This document shows, in pieces, positions 1 to 8,978 of a DNA stretch of 54,237 bases. Position 1 is the first letter of the stretch; every line of letters begins with the position of its first letter. The notes under the pieces were generated by a model. It searched no databases. It was not told the origin of the DNA and worked only from the letters and a program-made list of their open reading frames with translations. The position numbers were made by a program, and so were the translations under genes. Location: IMG/VR virus record IMGVR_UViG_3300049830_000086, positions 1 through 54,237 of that record; one strand, written 5' to 3'. The stretch comes from a virus. Its lineage: Duplodnaviria > Caudoviricetes.

Positions 1-211
1 GTCTAGGACTAGGTCCTGACATGATGGAGGGAGTTTTAACATTCTCCCAATGTATAATATTGAACACAGGATGACGCCACACAGTTTCTCTCCATGGGCG
101 TGTCTTCTCAATCTCTCCAATGCTCTTAGTAAAAGAACGTTGGATACCCTGCTGTTCGTCGAGGAAACCCTCGAACTTCTTGAAGAACTCTTCTATCATA
201 ATTTAAGGGGA

Positions 212-333
212 CGGAGCTACATGGGAATTGAACCCACAATAAACTTGGCTAGATTTCACGAACGTTCCAGGGTTTACTAGTAACACCCTTGTCTATCGGC
301 CTTTGCTTGTCTTAGCCATTAAACGATAGCCCC
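212..333 (-). ncRNA. tRNA-like RNA with Ala-type acceptor stem (G3:U70) and a ~70-nt structured insert replacing the anticodon arm
   Basis: GGGGCTA/TAGCTCC acceptor stem, D-arm GTTTAATGGCTAAGAC, T-arm GTGGG-TTCAATT-CCCAT; no 7-nt anticodon loop and no encoded CCA. Confidence 0.6.
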
Positions 334-433
334 ATCCATAATAGTCTAATATAAAAAAGACTATTTTTATATTTAGCATTAATAGGTAAATCCTCGAAAG
401 GAGCCTATATGTAGATACTAAATAAACTTTAAG

Positions 434-516
434 TGCACGTAGCTGGACTTGAACCAGCAAGGTTTTTAGGCCGAGGGATTTTAAGTCCCTTGCGTCTGCC
501 ATTCCGCCACACGTGC
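434..516 (-). tRNA. tRNA-Leu(TAA)
   Basis: Cloverleaf with long variable arm; anticodon arm AGGGA-CTTAAAA-TCCCT. Confidence 0.93.
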
Positions 517-1349
517 TTACATCTCAATACCGTGAGTCGAGTACCACCATTCTTTAGTTTGATTAGGATGCTTAGGCAGTAAAGCCTCGTATCTCTCTTT
601 CATTCTAGACTGGCGATTGACTTCAGTTATAAACAATGGATGATCCCAAGTAAAGCCTTCTTTGACCATTTGTCTTAGAAGTCTCTTAAGAACGTAACCC
701 TGGTTTTTGTGACCTGGCTTGTATCCACTATCTACTATCTTCACGATTACATCTTTGAGGCACTCTTCCCTAGTCTTAGGTAAAGTACCGTTGATCAGCT
801 TATCCAGCCTTTCAAAACCAAAACCAACATCTATGCAAGTTCCTAAAGGGTTGACAATGTTACCAATCTCAATGCCTTGGGAATAGAACTCTGTGCAGTA
901 ACCTCCGATCTCACCATCCGTCCATTTGCATTCTGGATCTAGCCTTACTTCATGTTTGTGTAGGTCAGCCCAATTAGGACAGTCTGGATGGATTGTAACA
1001 TAGTCTACCTTCAATTGGCACAGGTCTAAAAAACCAGTCCAAAAGTCGATAGCTTGTTTAACAGTCCAGTCTCTGAATGAGAATAGGCCCATCATCTCGA
1101 AGTGTCCAAGATGTGTACCGTCTCCCATAAAGTCGAAGTCGTTTAGCCTAATACAAGATTGTACGTTAGCTAAGGTTATGCCTTTGTATGACTCGTCTTT
1201 GAACTGATTCTTGAACTGCTGCATTCCAGCTGGACAGAATAGTGTAGTCTCATCATACGGGTTTACTGTGTTTACCGGTTTATAAGGAATGCCGTGTTTC
1301 GTACAGTAATCGAAATACAGTTCCTTTACATTGCGTTTAGCGGTGTCAT
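517..1349 (-). CDS. alaS: Minimal alanyl-tRNA synthetase catalytic core; 5' end frameshifted (ORF track start 1224, SD-led ATG at 1349 is in another frame)
   Basis: DETTLFCPAGMQQFK, QSCIR, HxxxFEMMG, EIGNIV, IDVGFGFERL and GYVLKRLLR match AlaRS class II motifs; no editing or C-Ala domains. Confidence 0.8.
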
Positions 1350-1358
1350 AGCATCCTC

Positions 1359-1556
1359 CTACTTGAAGTCATTAGATATGCGCTCACCCATAATTTTGGA
1401 TAAGGCAGTCATGGCTTCGTATTGTTTGGTTATCCGGTCTTGTTCAGCCGGTGTGTTTAGACCAAAGTAGCTTGAATTCATGAATCGGGCAAGTCTAGAC
1501 ATGCCTTCATCCAAGTCCTGCTTTTCGTCTACTATCCTTTGTTGATAAGCTTCCAT
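1359..1556 (-). CDS. Small phage protein (crAss001_48-like helical protein)
   Basis: MEAYQQRIVDEKQDLD...LARF...Q..AM..L..RI pattern recalled from phage proteins. Confidence 0.5.
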   Translation of the reverse strand: MEAYQQRIVDEKQDLDEGMSRLARFMNSSYFGLNTPAEQDRITKQYEAMTALSKIMGERISNDFK

Positions 1557-1804
1557 TAGTTTAGCAAACCTAGTTCACGTTTAAGCAAGTAGATTAGTAC
1601 ATCGTCATTGACTACTATATCAGTTCCTGCTTGAGTTACAGACGGTTCACATCCAGGAGAGTAGTTGGTGTAATACTCACTGATCAGTTCTCTGGATTCG
1701 GGTGAGTCAGGGATGTGTAAGTCATTACAACCTGCATTAGCCTGAGCATCTCCTAGATCATTTACGATCTTAGTCAAGAGACTGGTTATTAGTGGTGATC
1801 TCAT
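1556..1804 (-). CDS. Hypothetical protein
   Basis: ORF tightly packed in the minus-strand gene run. Confidence 0.6.
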   Translation of the reverse strand: MRSPLITSLLTKIVNDLGDAQANAGCNDLHIPDSPESRELISEYYTNYSPGCEPSVTQAGTDIVVNDDVLIYLLKRELGLLN

Positions 1805-1805
1805 A

Positions 1806-2282
1806 TTAGTCTATCAGTCCTAGCTCTTCTAAGGAGTAGGTCTTGTCTTTGATTAGTTTAAGCGCTACTCTAGCTCTGGACTTACGCATGATCTCTTCAA
1901 TTGTGACACAGTCTTTGTAGATACCAGTCTTGCGTTGACGATCCAGACCCCATTCAAAGAGCATGTTAAGACTTTGGTCTGTATACACTCCTTCAGCGGT
2001 GATGTAGGGTTGGAATACGAAGTTAGCCTCGAACAGCTTGCCGTAATCTTCCATACCCAGTTTCTTTAGCTCATAGCCTTCCTCATCCTCAGAGTAGATC
2101 TCTTCGCAGTCTCGGTTGTAATCGGCGTTTAGAGAGTAGAGAGGGCTGTGTTCATAGTCAACGTCACTTGGGATCAAAAGACCGCTGTAATCGCAAATGT
2201 GAGCTCCTGAGAGGCTATAGGATTCACCGACTTGTTTGCCAGTCTTCCTAGAGAACTCAGGAGACTTAGTATAGAGGTTCAT
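1806..2282 (-). CDS. Hypothetical protein
   Basis: 158-aa ORF; start overlaps the upstream stop (ATGA). Confidence 0.65.
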   Translation of the reverse strand: MNLYTKSPEFSRKTGKQVGESYSLSGAHICDYSGLLIPSDVDYEHSPLYSLNADYNRDCEEIYSEDEEGYELKKLGMEDYGKLFEANFVFQPYITAEGVYTDQSLNMLFEWGLDRQRKTGIYKDCVTIEEIMRKSRARVALKLIKDKTYSLEELGLID

Positions 2283-2506
2283 GATGGGAATGTTTTTTGA
2301 AGGATAGCCACAAATTGATCAGGAGCTAACTCTCTTACAGCTGCTTCTAGTTTAGTGAAGCATTTTGACTGTTCGACTGCTCTAGTCTTATATCCAGATA
2401 TCTCCTGGTCCTTTTGAGCCACCTGCTGTTCTAGGTCAGTGATCTTAGTTAACAGCGATTCAATCTTAGTCTGGATAGCTTGATCTACAATTATTTGAGC
2501 AGTCAT
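2279..2506 (-). CDS. Hypothetical coiled-coil protein
   Basis: Heptad-like sequence; translationally coupled to neighbours. Confidence 0.6.
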   Translation of the reverse strand: MTAQIIVDQAIQTKIESLLTKITDLEQQVAQKDQEISGYKTRAVEQSKCFTKLEAAVRELAPDQFVAILQKTFPS

Positions 2507-2970
2507 TAGTAGCCTAGGAGATAGTTTTCAATCTTGTTCTTCTTAGAGATGACAGGACTATGCACACTCCAAGTAGGAAGGTCAGACAGCTTAGCATCTT
2601 TGCAGGCTTTGGTATAAGCTTTGACAGCAGCCATCTCATCTTCTTTATAAGAGATAGCACTACCAAAACTAATGTAGCCTGGAACACCTCTATCTTTGAA
2701 GAACTTGGTTAGTTCGTCATAAGTCTTGAGATGTAGCCAGCTTAGGTTGTCAGGAGGGTTGATTAGTCCTGCAGCCATCAGATCTTGGACATTAGACTTC
2801 TCATCGAAGATAACTCCGATAGTCTCAGATTTGGCTGTAGCATTGGCGACTGGGAATAGGGTACGGAATCCTTCAGCAGTAGCTCCAGTCTTAGCATGGA
2901 TAGCTTTGGATTGTTTGACAGTGGATTGCAGATCAGCCACTAGTTTTTTTAAGTCAGCATTATCACTCAT
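2506..2970 (-). CDS. Divergent cyclic-phosphate-processing receiver-like domain protein
   Basis: W..LKTYDE...F...GVP.YISF...WSVHS...K..I layout; the DHD motif is absent. Confidence 0.4.
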   Translation of the reverse strand: MSDNADLKKLVADLQSTVKQSKAIHAKTGATAEGFRTLFPVANATAKSETIGVIFDEKSNVQDLMAAGLINPPDNLSWLHLKTYDELTKFFKDRGVPGYISFGSAISYKEDEMAAVKAYTKACKDAKLSDLPTWSVHSPVISKKNKIENYLLGY

Positions 2971-3311
2971 AGTGTTTCTTTGAAGTTCTTGATCTCTTCG
3001 ATCATCTTTTGGCGTTCATCTCTGTAACGTTTGATCATGAAGATGAATTCTTCTCTGTGATCTTCAGTAGCTGCATCAATGAAGTCAATGATAGCTTGAT
3101 CACAAGGCTTGAAGTCAAACTCTTCACAGATAGCCATAACGCTTTTACCCATTGCAGTCATAGTGAAGCCGCCACCTACCACACCAAGTTCATTGAGTGT
3201 ATTAAGGTATCCGGTGACCATTAGGACGCTGATAGTAGTTTCGTCGTAGTTTAAGTTGAACTTAGCTTTGATCCTGGATTGGATCTCTTTTAACTTTTCT
3301 TGTTCAGTCAT
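2967..3311 (-). CDS. Hypothetical protein
   Basis: 114-aa coupled ORF. Confidence 0.6.
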   Translation of the reverse strand: MTEQEKLKEIQSRIKAKFNLNYDETTISVLMVTGYLNTLNELGVVGGGFTMTAMGKSVMAICEEFDFKPCDQAIIDFIDAATEDHREEFIFMIKRYRDERQKMIEEIKNFKETL

Positions 3312-3562
3312 AAGCTTAGTACTGGGGTTAGTTTGGTGAATCCCTTAGGTTCTCCACACTTAACATCATCTCCAGTCCTAACGAACAATTGATCGTAGAA
3401 TTGGTAGTGGGTGACATCAGGTAGTAGGAGAGGAAGAGGATTAACAGTTTTGGATGTAACAGAGATATCAGCACTCCACATTTCTCCTATAAAGGTTCTA
3501 AGGAAACGTTTGGTCTCATATACAGGTTTAGCATGCTTTGTTTTCTTGGTTAATTTGGACAT
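3308..3562 (-). CDS. Hypothetical protein
   Basis: 84-aa coupled ORF. Confidence 0.55.
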   Translation of the reverse strand: MSKLTKKTKHAKPVYETKRFLRTFIGEMWSADISVTSKTVNPLPLLLPDVTHYQFYDQLFVRTGDDVKCGEPKGFTKLTPVLSL

Positions 3563-3616
3563 GATTAGTAGTAGGAGATGGAATGTGGTAATAAAGGTAA
3601 AGACGAATCTTACTCC

Positions 3617-3793
3617 TTAGTTCTGTTTTAGAGCTAGCCTCGTCAGCTCATCAAGAGGGATAGGCAATGCTCGGTTACTGAAGTCTGGATGTGGATTTCC
3701 TAGTATTACGTAGTGTCCACATTCCGGACATTTAACTAGAGTTCCATTTGGCTGTGCTTGATGGTCCTCTGGGTTGAAAGTGCAATTGTTCAT
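3617..3793 (-). CDS. 58-aa zinc-ribbon-like protein (not in ORF track)
   Basis: MNNCTFNPEDHQ...KCPECGHY...LKQN*; starts 1 nt after the upstream stop. Confidence 0.55.
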   Translation of the reverse strand: MNNCTFNPEDHQAQPNGTLVKCPECGHYVILGNPHPDFSNRALPIPLDELTRLALKQN

Positions 3794-3794
3794 A

Positions 3795-4145
3795 TTATAA
3801 TTCGGTGTCTAGTCTACGCTCTCCTCCAGAGGGAACGTTGAAGTTCTCTACTACGAAACCACAGTGAATGCAAATGTCCCGGCAATAAGTGCCTGGGATA
3901 ACTTTCTTATGCATTTCTCTGAGATTAGCAATGGCTGTAGTGATAGCCCTAAGCTTGAATTCTTTGTCATCAACACTATCATTGCTTCCAGGTTTGAAGT
4001 TATTGACTAGCTCGGCAATCTTGCTAGCAACAAATTCTTCAGAAGTAGTCTCTTTAGTAGGTTGAAGTTTGGAGTAACGAGGCTCAAACCGGTGGCCAAA
4101 GACGAAGCCTAGAAAACCTTTACAGGTAGGTAATGTAGATTTCAT
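3795..4145 (-). CDS. Cys/His zinc-binding protein, paralog A, C-terminal RRLDTEL
   Basis: C.G..G..FGH.F.PRYS ... RDICI.CG shared with the neighbouring ORF. Confidence 0.65.
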   Translation of the reverse strand: MKSTLPTCKGFLGFVFGHRFEPRYSKLQPTKETTSEEFVASKIAELVNNFKPGSNDSVDDKEFKLRAITTAIANLREMHKKVIPGTYCRDICIHCGFVVENFNVPSGGERRLDTEL

Positions 4146-4477
4146 ATATCGGTGTCTAGCCTACGAGTGGGAGTAGGAGTCAAAGGTAGGTTAAGCATCA
4201 CTTCAGTGCCACATCTAATACAGATGTCCCGGTGATAATGCTTTTCAATCGGTACTTTAACTTTAGTAACTTCGACAATTTGCTGCTGACCTTCTTTTCG
4301 TAGTTCTTGGTCAGTACTGATAGCTTTTACTTGACCACACAGCTTTTCGTAAGATTCCCGGATATTTTTGATAGCCTCCAGAGTAACTTCATTACTGGCT
4401 AAACTAAGCTTTTCGGAATACCTTGGTTTGAACTTGTGGCCAAAGATAAAGCCGAGGATACCACAACATTTTGACAT
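4142..4477 (-). CDS. Cys/His zinc-binding protein, paralog B, C-terminal RRLDTDI
   Basis: Same N- and C-terminal motifs as 3795..4145. Confidence 0.65.
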   Translation of the reverse strand: MSKCCGILGFIFGHKFKPRYSEKLSLASNEVTLEAIKNIRESYEKLCGQVKAISTDQELRKEGQQQIVEVTKVKVPIEKHYHRDICIRCGTEVMLNLPLTPTPTRRLDTDI

Positions 4478-4541
4478 AACTTTGTTTTTGATTTTGTTAA
4501 AGTTGAAGGGCTAGGATACATAAGTACCCTAGCCCTGTGAT

Positions 4542-4625
4542 TGGTGCACGTAGAGGGACTTGAACCCCCAAGGATTGCTCCGGTTGACCCTAAATCAACT
4601 GTGTCTGCCATTCCACCACACGTGC
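4542..4625 (-). tRNA. tRNA-Leu(TAG)
   Basis: Cloverleaf with long variable arm; GTTGA-TTTAGGG-TCAAC; encoded CCA. Confidence 0.93.
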
Positions 4626-4669
4626 GAAATTATTGTATTGAGTGACAATTTGGACATAAGATAAGAAGA

Positions 4670-5212
4670 TTACTTAGCTATATTGCTTAGCACATATGCT
4701 AAGATAGCTTCCTTATCTTTATAGGAAAATTCGACTAATTTCAAGCCTTCTTTTTCCTTACGCTTCAGCGTGTCATACATCAGCTTGTCAATTTCTTTGG
4801 CTTGTTCATGCGTCTGATACCTGCCTTCTGCTACATAAGGCTTGTCTCCTCTAACCAAAAAAATGTTGATTGAGGGAAATTGTTTTTCGTAAACGTCAGC
4901 CATGTGCTCCATGTCAGCAGCAAAATTGAGATGCTTGCAATAAACATTGGCATACATGCTAGATAAGAGAACGGGTGAATCAGTCACTACGTTCTTTATG
5001 CCGTTTGACAAAAACCTGTATTCGTATTGGATTTGCTTACCGAAAAGATAGACCTGGTCAAAATCATTAACTTTACGTTGTTGAATCGCCCAAGCTTTCA
5101 CGTACTCGGTAACTAGCTCTACACTTGTCTGAGCGTATTTCAGCTCGCTAAATAGCCAGGCAGCGGTGGTAGATTTACCGCTGCCTGGGCCTCCAAAGAG
5201 GTTAATTCTCAT
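4670..5212 (-). CDS. P-loop kinase/ATPase (AAA_28/NadR-like)
   Basis: INLFGGPGSGKST Walker A; TDSP; GRYQ. Confidence 0.75.
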   Translation of the reverse strand: MRINLFGGPGSGKSTTAAWLFSELKYAQTSVELVTEYVKAWAIQQRKVNDFDQVYLFGKQIQYEYRFLSNGIKNVVTDSPVLLSSMYANVYCKHLNFAADMEHMADVYEKQFPSINIFLVRGDKPYVAEGRYQTHEQAKEIDKLMYDTLKRKEKEGLKLVEFSYKDKEAILAYVLSNIAK

Positions 5213-6378
5213 TCGTAATCTCGAACAGTTTCCAAGACTGGGGTCAGTGGAATGCCATACTTGCTGTATTCACCAAAGGTTATACTTCCAAGCTTACCAA
5301 CTAGCTTAAGACGGTTTTTCCACCAATCCTTAGCTCGCTCCATATTTCCTTCAATGCCTGCAGCTGAGGTATCCTGTAACTTGCCTGCACTGTTTATCAC
5401 AGGTTTAGGTAGTTTGAATATCACTCGTTTAGCACATCCTTTCCAATCTGCGTCACCTTCCTGGATTTCAACGATTTCAAATTCTTCGGTGATCCAGTTT
5501 TTGTATTTCAACAGAGTATTGGTACGCTTATACTCATAGGTACAGTCACCCCAACGGATGATGATACCTTCGCGAAGAGCAGCCTTACTTTCAGCAAGTA
5601 TAGCATCGATCTCTTCTAATGTATTACAGACGGTGTATTTTAACACCTTCACGAACTCGTAACCTTTGAGCAACTTCTGCAACGCTTTACGGCGTTCTAC
5701 AAAAGGAGTCTCAGGCGTGATACCTTCAAAACCAAAACCATCATAGATGTGGTATTGCACGATCTTACGACTAGAGGCCAGCACTTCAGGAGTTACATCC
5801 TTAGGTTTCATGGCGACACTAACTAGCTTAACCAAATCTCCTAGATCAATTCTGCCTTGAGCATTGATTAGCTTAGGATTAAACAACTCACCATCCAGAT
5901 AGAGATCAGGATACTTTTTGTAGAGTGGAGCCAGTTCTTCCTGGATATGCGCTAAAGTATTGAACTGTTTGTTCTTACGGCTACGAGGATCATTGGCTTT
6001 AGTCCAACAACGCACACCATTCAACTTATCATCTACGTAAGCTGGTAACGTGATCTTGTCTTTGTAGTCCCTGAAGTCCTTAGCACGCATAGGCTCCTGG
6101 TAACCCGTTTCGTCAACGTCGTCACTTTCAAGAGTATAACCGTGCGTGAGCTTATGATCGAACTTAGATTGAGCCTCCGACAACGCTTGTTTTTCTGCAC
6201 TTGTTTCATTTTTCTTTCCTGCATTCTTAGTCTCGGCTGTGCTAGGTTTAGTTTCGGTTAGCTTGCCTCCGACTTGCCCGCTGATAGAGTAGTATTCAGA
6301 ACCATCAACTATCATCGTCCACTGTTGTACTTTTCCCGTATGAGCTCGTTTGAAGAGTGTCGGGAATGTTTTTTTCAT
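5209..6378 (-). CDS. ATP-dependent DNA ligase
   Basis: KLNGVR (motif I), LDGELF, YHIYD, EGIIIR, LLKYK, C-terminal OB-like region. Confidence 0.9.
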   Translation of the reverse strand: MKKTFPTLFKRAHTGKVQQWTMIVDGSEYYSISGQVGGKLTETKPSTAETKNAGKKNETSAEKQALSEAQSKFDHKLTHGYTLESDDVDETGYQEPMRAKDFRDYKDKITLPAYVDDKLNGVRCWTKANDPRSRKNKQFNTLAHIQEELAPLYKKYPDLYLDGELFNPKLINAQGRIDLGDLVKLVSVAMKPKDVTPEVLASSRKIVQYHIYDGFGFEGITPETPFVERRKALQKLLKGYEFVKVLKYTVCNTLEEIDAILAESKAALREGIIIRWGDCTYEYKRTNTLLKYKNWITEEFEIVEIQEGDADWKGCAKRVIFKLPKPVINSAGKLQDTSAAGIEGNMERAKDWWKNRLKLVGKLGSITFGEYSKYGIPLTPVLETVRDYE

Positions 6379-6380
6379 AT

Positions 6381-6842
6381 TTATAAATCTGGGGATAGTT
6401 CCCTTTTCGGAACTTGATTGGCATCTAAAGCTGCGGTTTTCAACCTCATAGACTCCAACAATCTTTCTTGTACTAACCTTTTGAAAGTATCTTCGTCTGT
6501 TGCAATATGCGTCCAGCTTCTTCCTAGGAACTCACTCATACTATCGTTAGTAGCATCGTCCACTTTAGTCCTAAGCTTAGCTTCAAGCATAGCTTGCATA
6601 GCAGAACTGACAGGAGATAACATAGCGATGTTTTCCCAAGTTCTACACTTATGCCTGTTAATTTGGCTACTGAGGATATAGGTTGCGTTATTGACTTCAA
6701 CGTTGTCACCATAGCCATCAGAGATGAGGTGACGAAGGTATGACAGAAGATATTCAGCAGATTCAAGCTCTGCAAGTCTAGTCCGTAAATGGACTTCAGC
6801 ATCAAGCATGGAAGCTCTGCGTTCGTTTTTAGTTTTACTCAT
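6381..6842 (-). CDS. Hypothetical protein, C-terminal KRELSPDL (start moved to MSKTKN)
   Basis: The longer ORF start overlaps tRNA-Gln. Confidence 0.6.
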   Translation of the reverse strand: MSKTKNERRASMLDAEVHLRTRLAELESAEYLLSYLRHLISDGYGDNVEVNNATYILSSQINRHKCRTWENIAMLSPVSSAMQAMLEAKLRTKVDDATNDSMSEFLGRSWTHIATDEDTFKRLVQERLLESMRLKTAALDANQVPKRELSPDL

Positions 6843-6849
6843 TTGAAGT

Positions 6850-6924
6850 TGGCTGCCGCACTTGGATTCGAACCAAGGGTATCCGGTTTCAGAGACCGGC
6901 GCAATACCACTATGCAATGCGGCA
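6850..6924 (-). tRNA. tRNA-Gln(CTG)
   Basis: CCGGT-CTCTGAA-ACCGG; U1:A72; CCA. Confidence 0.93.
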
Positions 6925-6931
6925 GTGAAGT

Positions 6932-7336
6932 TTATTTGTACGGTCTATTTCTAGCCGTAAATGTTTTAGTTTGAGAGTGACAATTAGGACAAAGAAATTC
7001 TAAGTTATCTAGACGGTGATCATTATGTACACCGTTTTTATGCTCTAATTGTAATACTAGCTTTTGTCCTTGCCACTCTCCAATATTACCACATTTACAG
7101 GCATAAGGTATAAGCTTATTTTTTATTATTTGTCGTTTAAGACAGCTTCTAGGATATGTTGAATTCTTAGTAGCTACTTCGTTAATAGGCTTAGTTGTTG
7201 ACCTAGGGCTAATATCGCCTCTATTTACAGCGTCAGTCCAAGCTTGGGAAGCGAAGCCGAATTTTTCACGGCATTCACGTACAGTATGGTCTTTAGCGTA
7301 CTTACCTATTAATTTCCAATCGTAAACTTTATTCAT
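6932..7336 (-). CDS. HNH endonuclease
   Basis: C.CG...W...LQLEHKNG..ND.RLDNL.FLCPNCHSQT. Confidence 0.9.
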   Translation of the reverse strand: MNKVYDWKLIGKYAKDHTVRECREKFGFASQAWTDAVNRGDISPRSTTKPINEVATKNSTYPRSCLKRQIIKNKLIPYACKCGNIGEWQGQKLVLQLEHKNGVHNDHRLDNLEFLCPNCHSQTKTFTARNRPYK

Positions 7337-7378
7337 AGTAGTATATTGATACTACCAGATAAGTATGCTATCTGTCAA

Positions 7379-7452
7379 TGGTTGGAGTGGCTGGAATCGA
7401 ACCAACACCACGAGCTTCAAAGGCTCAGGCACTACCACTATGCAACACTCCA
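7379..7452 (-). tRNA. tRNA-Gln(TTG)
   Basis: TGAGC-CTTTGAA-GCTCG; U1:A72; CCA. Confidence 0.92.
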
Positions 7453-7460
7453 ATACTATT

Positions 7461-7760
7461 CTATACTTTTTTGAAACCAGCTAGCTTAACTACTTTAGCA
7501 ATTAATCTAGAACCGGTTATGACTTGTTTTTCAGTCAAATCTGGATAGGCAGCGTGCAATGCCTCATGTATTGTTATCCTAAGCTTCTGATCTTCAGTTA
7601 ACTTAGGATGCACGTAAATGAATGCTCCGTCAAGACCATCTTCATGAAATGGTAACATCAGACCTATGTTGCCTTTGTTACTCTTCTTGAATGGCGCGGA
7701 GGAATACTCGAAGATAACGTTTTTAGGCGTCGTGATCGGTTCTTGTGTCTTGTTGGCCAT
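7461..7760 (-). CDS. Small HEXXH (zincin-like) protein
   Basis: IYVHPKL...TIHEALHA; resembles the adjacent ORF. Confidence 0.55.
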   Translation of the reverse strand: MANKTQEPITTPKNVIFEYSSAPFKKSNKGNIGLMLPFHEDGLDGAFIYVHPKLTEDQKLRITIHEALHAAYPDLTEKQVITGSRLIAKVVKLAGFKKV

Positions 7761-8020
7761 TTGCTTTTAGGGCTGCGGTAGCCTAGTCGCCATAAAACTT
7801 CACCCACTATCACACCGTTGTTTTCCACCCATCTTTCCTTAGCTTTAGGGAGTATGTAATGGAGCATCTCATGTACTCCAGTTATTAAACGCTCCTTATC
7901 ACATATATTAGGATTAATGAAGATACACTTCTCGTCGTTGTCGCATAACCCTTTGATTATACGGCCTCTATAGAATAGCTCATCTTTTGGAATGTAACGG
8001 TAGATGCGAGGTAGCTTCAT
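7664..8020 (-). CDS. Small HEXXH (zincin-like) protein
   Basis: GLCD...IFINP...VHEMLHY; TACAAT 6 nt before the ATG. Confidence 0.55.
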   Translation of the reverse strand: MKLPRIYRYIPKDELFYRGRIIKGLCDNDEKCIFINPNICDKERLITGVHEMLHYILPKAKERWVENNGVIVGEVLWRLGYRSPKSKWPTRHKNRSRRLKTLSSSIPPRHSRRVTKAT

Positions 8021-8061
8021 ATCACTATTGTATACAATTGTGGATACCGCAAGCTAGAAAA

Positions 8062-8472
8062 TTAATAGACTAAGTTTTCCGTGACTAGTAGACCTTCTAA
8101 GTTACTTATCATCAGATTAAACTTATGAATGTCATCGGTGAGCACTGGATTGGCTTCATCGGACTTCATTAAAATGTAAAATCTCAGGCCACCAAACTTT
8201 AACTTGATCTGGTGTATCTCGAAATCAATGCCTTGGTTTTGTATAGCCTCCAAGAAGCTGTCAATTGCTGTAGCCCAAGACATAGGTACATTGTGGCCTA
8301 ATGAAAAACCATACCAGCCTTTAGGGACTTTGTGTGCCCATTTTTGGAACAACCTTACATCAGGATTGAGGTTTCCGTTGTCTTCAAATGGTTGGTTTGC
8401 ATCAGCTTTAGCGTTGTCGGCTTTGATACGCTCTACTAATGACTTTGGGATTATTTCTTCGAAAGTTTTCAT
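8062..8472 (-). CDS. Hypothetical phage protein
   Basis: W...I...L...QIK.KFGGLRFY motif common in phage ORFs. Confidence 0.6.
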   Translation of the reverse strand: MKTFEEIIPKSLVERIKADNAKADANQPFEDNGNLNPDVRLFQKWAHKVPKGWYGFSLGHNVPMSWATAIDSFLEAIQNQGIDFEIHQIKLKFGGLRFYILMKSDEANPVLTDDIHKFNLMISNLEGLLVTENLVY

Positions 8473-8481
8473 GTTTTATAA

Positions 8482-8590
8482 TTGCCAGGGAAATCTTGTG
8501 AGACGGTGGCATCCAATTGCCAATCCCCGCATCAAGAGCGGGGACTTTGATTCGAACAAAGAAGAACGTCTTACGATGCACCACTGACAA
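8482..8590 (-). ncRNA. Y RNA (YrlA)-like element with permuted tRNA module
   Basis: Paired ends TTGTCAGTGGTG/TTTCCCTGGCAA; T-arm CTTTG-TTCGAAT-CAAAG, closed acceptor hairpin TCCCCGC/GCGGGGA, then D-like arm. Confidence 0.7.
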
Positions 8591-8593
8591 AAG

Positions 8594-8669
8594 TGGAGCC
8601 AGAGGACGGGGTTGAACCGACGACCTTCGCTTTACAAAAGCGTTGCTCTACCAACTGAGCTACTCTGGC
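8594..8669 (-). tRNA. tRNA-Thr(TGT)
   Basis: Loop TTTGTAA; U73; CCA. Confidence 0.93.
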
Positions 8670-8675
8670 TTTAGA

Positions 8676-8978
8676 TTATAACTTACAGGCTTTGTAAACT
8701 TTAAGGAACTGATTCCAAGCTTCCTCAAGTTCTTTCGGAGCCTTTACACTCTTACCGTCAGTTGCTACGAAAACTAGCAAGCCTAACAGATGTTTGACAA
8801 TTAGTTTAGCTTTAAGTGTACCGAAGCTAAACGGATAAGGACTATTCTTATTGATAGCAAATGTTGCTCTTCCCTTGAAGCTATCGATGCTGCATATAGA
8901 CTTTTCTTCGTCCATCAAGCTCTCTACAGTCGGTGAGGGGCGTTCTGATTCTGGCGTTGTATTAGTTGTGTTACTCAT
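8676..8978 (-). CDS. Hypothetical protein
   Basis: 100-aa ORF with PFSFG..KAKLI motif. Confidence 0.55.
   Translation of the reverse strand: MSNTTNTTPESERPSPTVESLMDEEKSICSIDSFKGRATFAINKNSPYPFSFGTLKAKLIVKHLLGLLVFVATDGKSVKAPKELEEAWNQFLKVYKACKL

Noticed and set aside
293-502. ORFs overlapping RNA genes (293..502, 4399..4611, 8408..8590, 10172..10489, 14723..14905, 16597..16914, 24750..24959, 39841..40137)
   Set aside because: They are translations of tRNA, RNase P or Y-like sequences
3625-3636. GTTTTAGAGCTA, identical to the start of the SpCas9 CRISPR repeat
   Set aside because: Single 12-mer inside the antisense of a small ORF; no repeat-spacer array or cas genes
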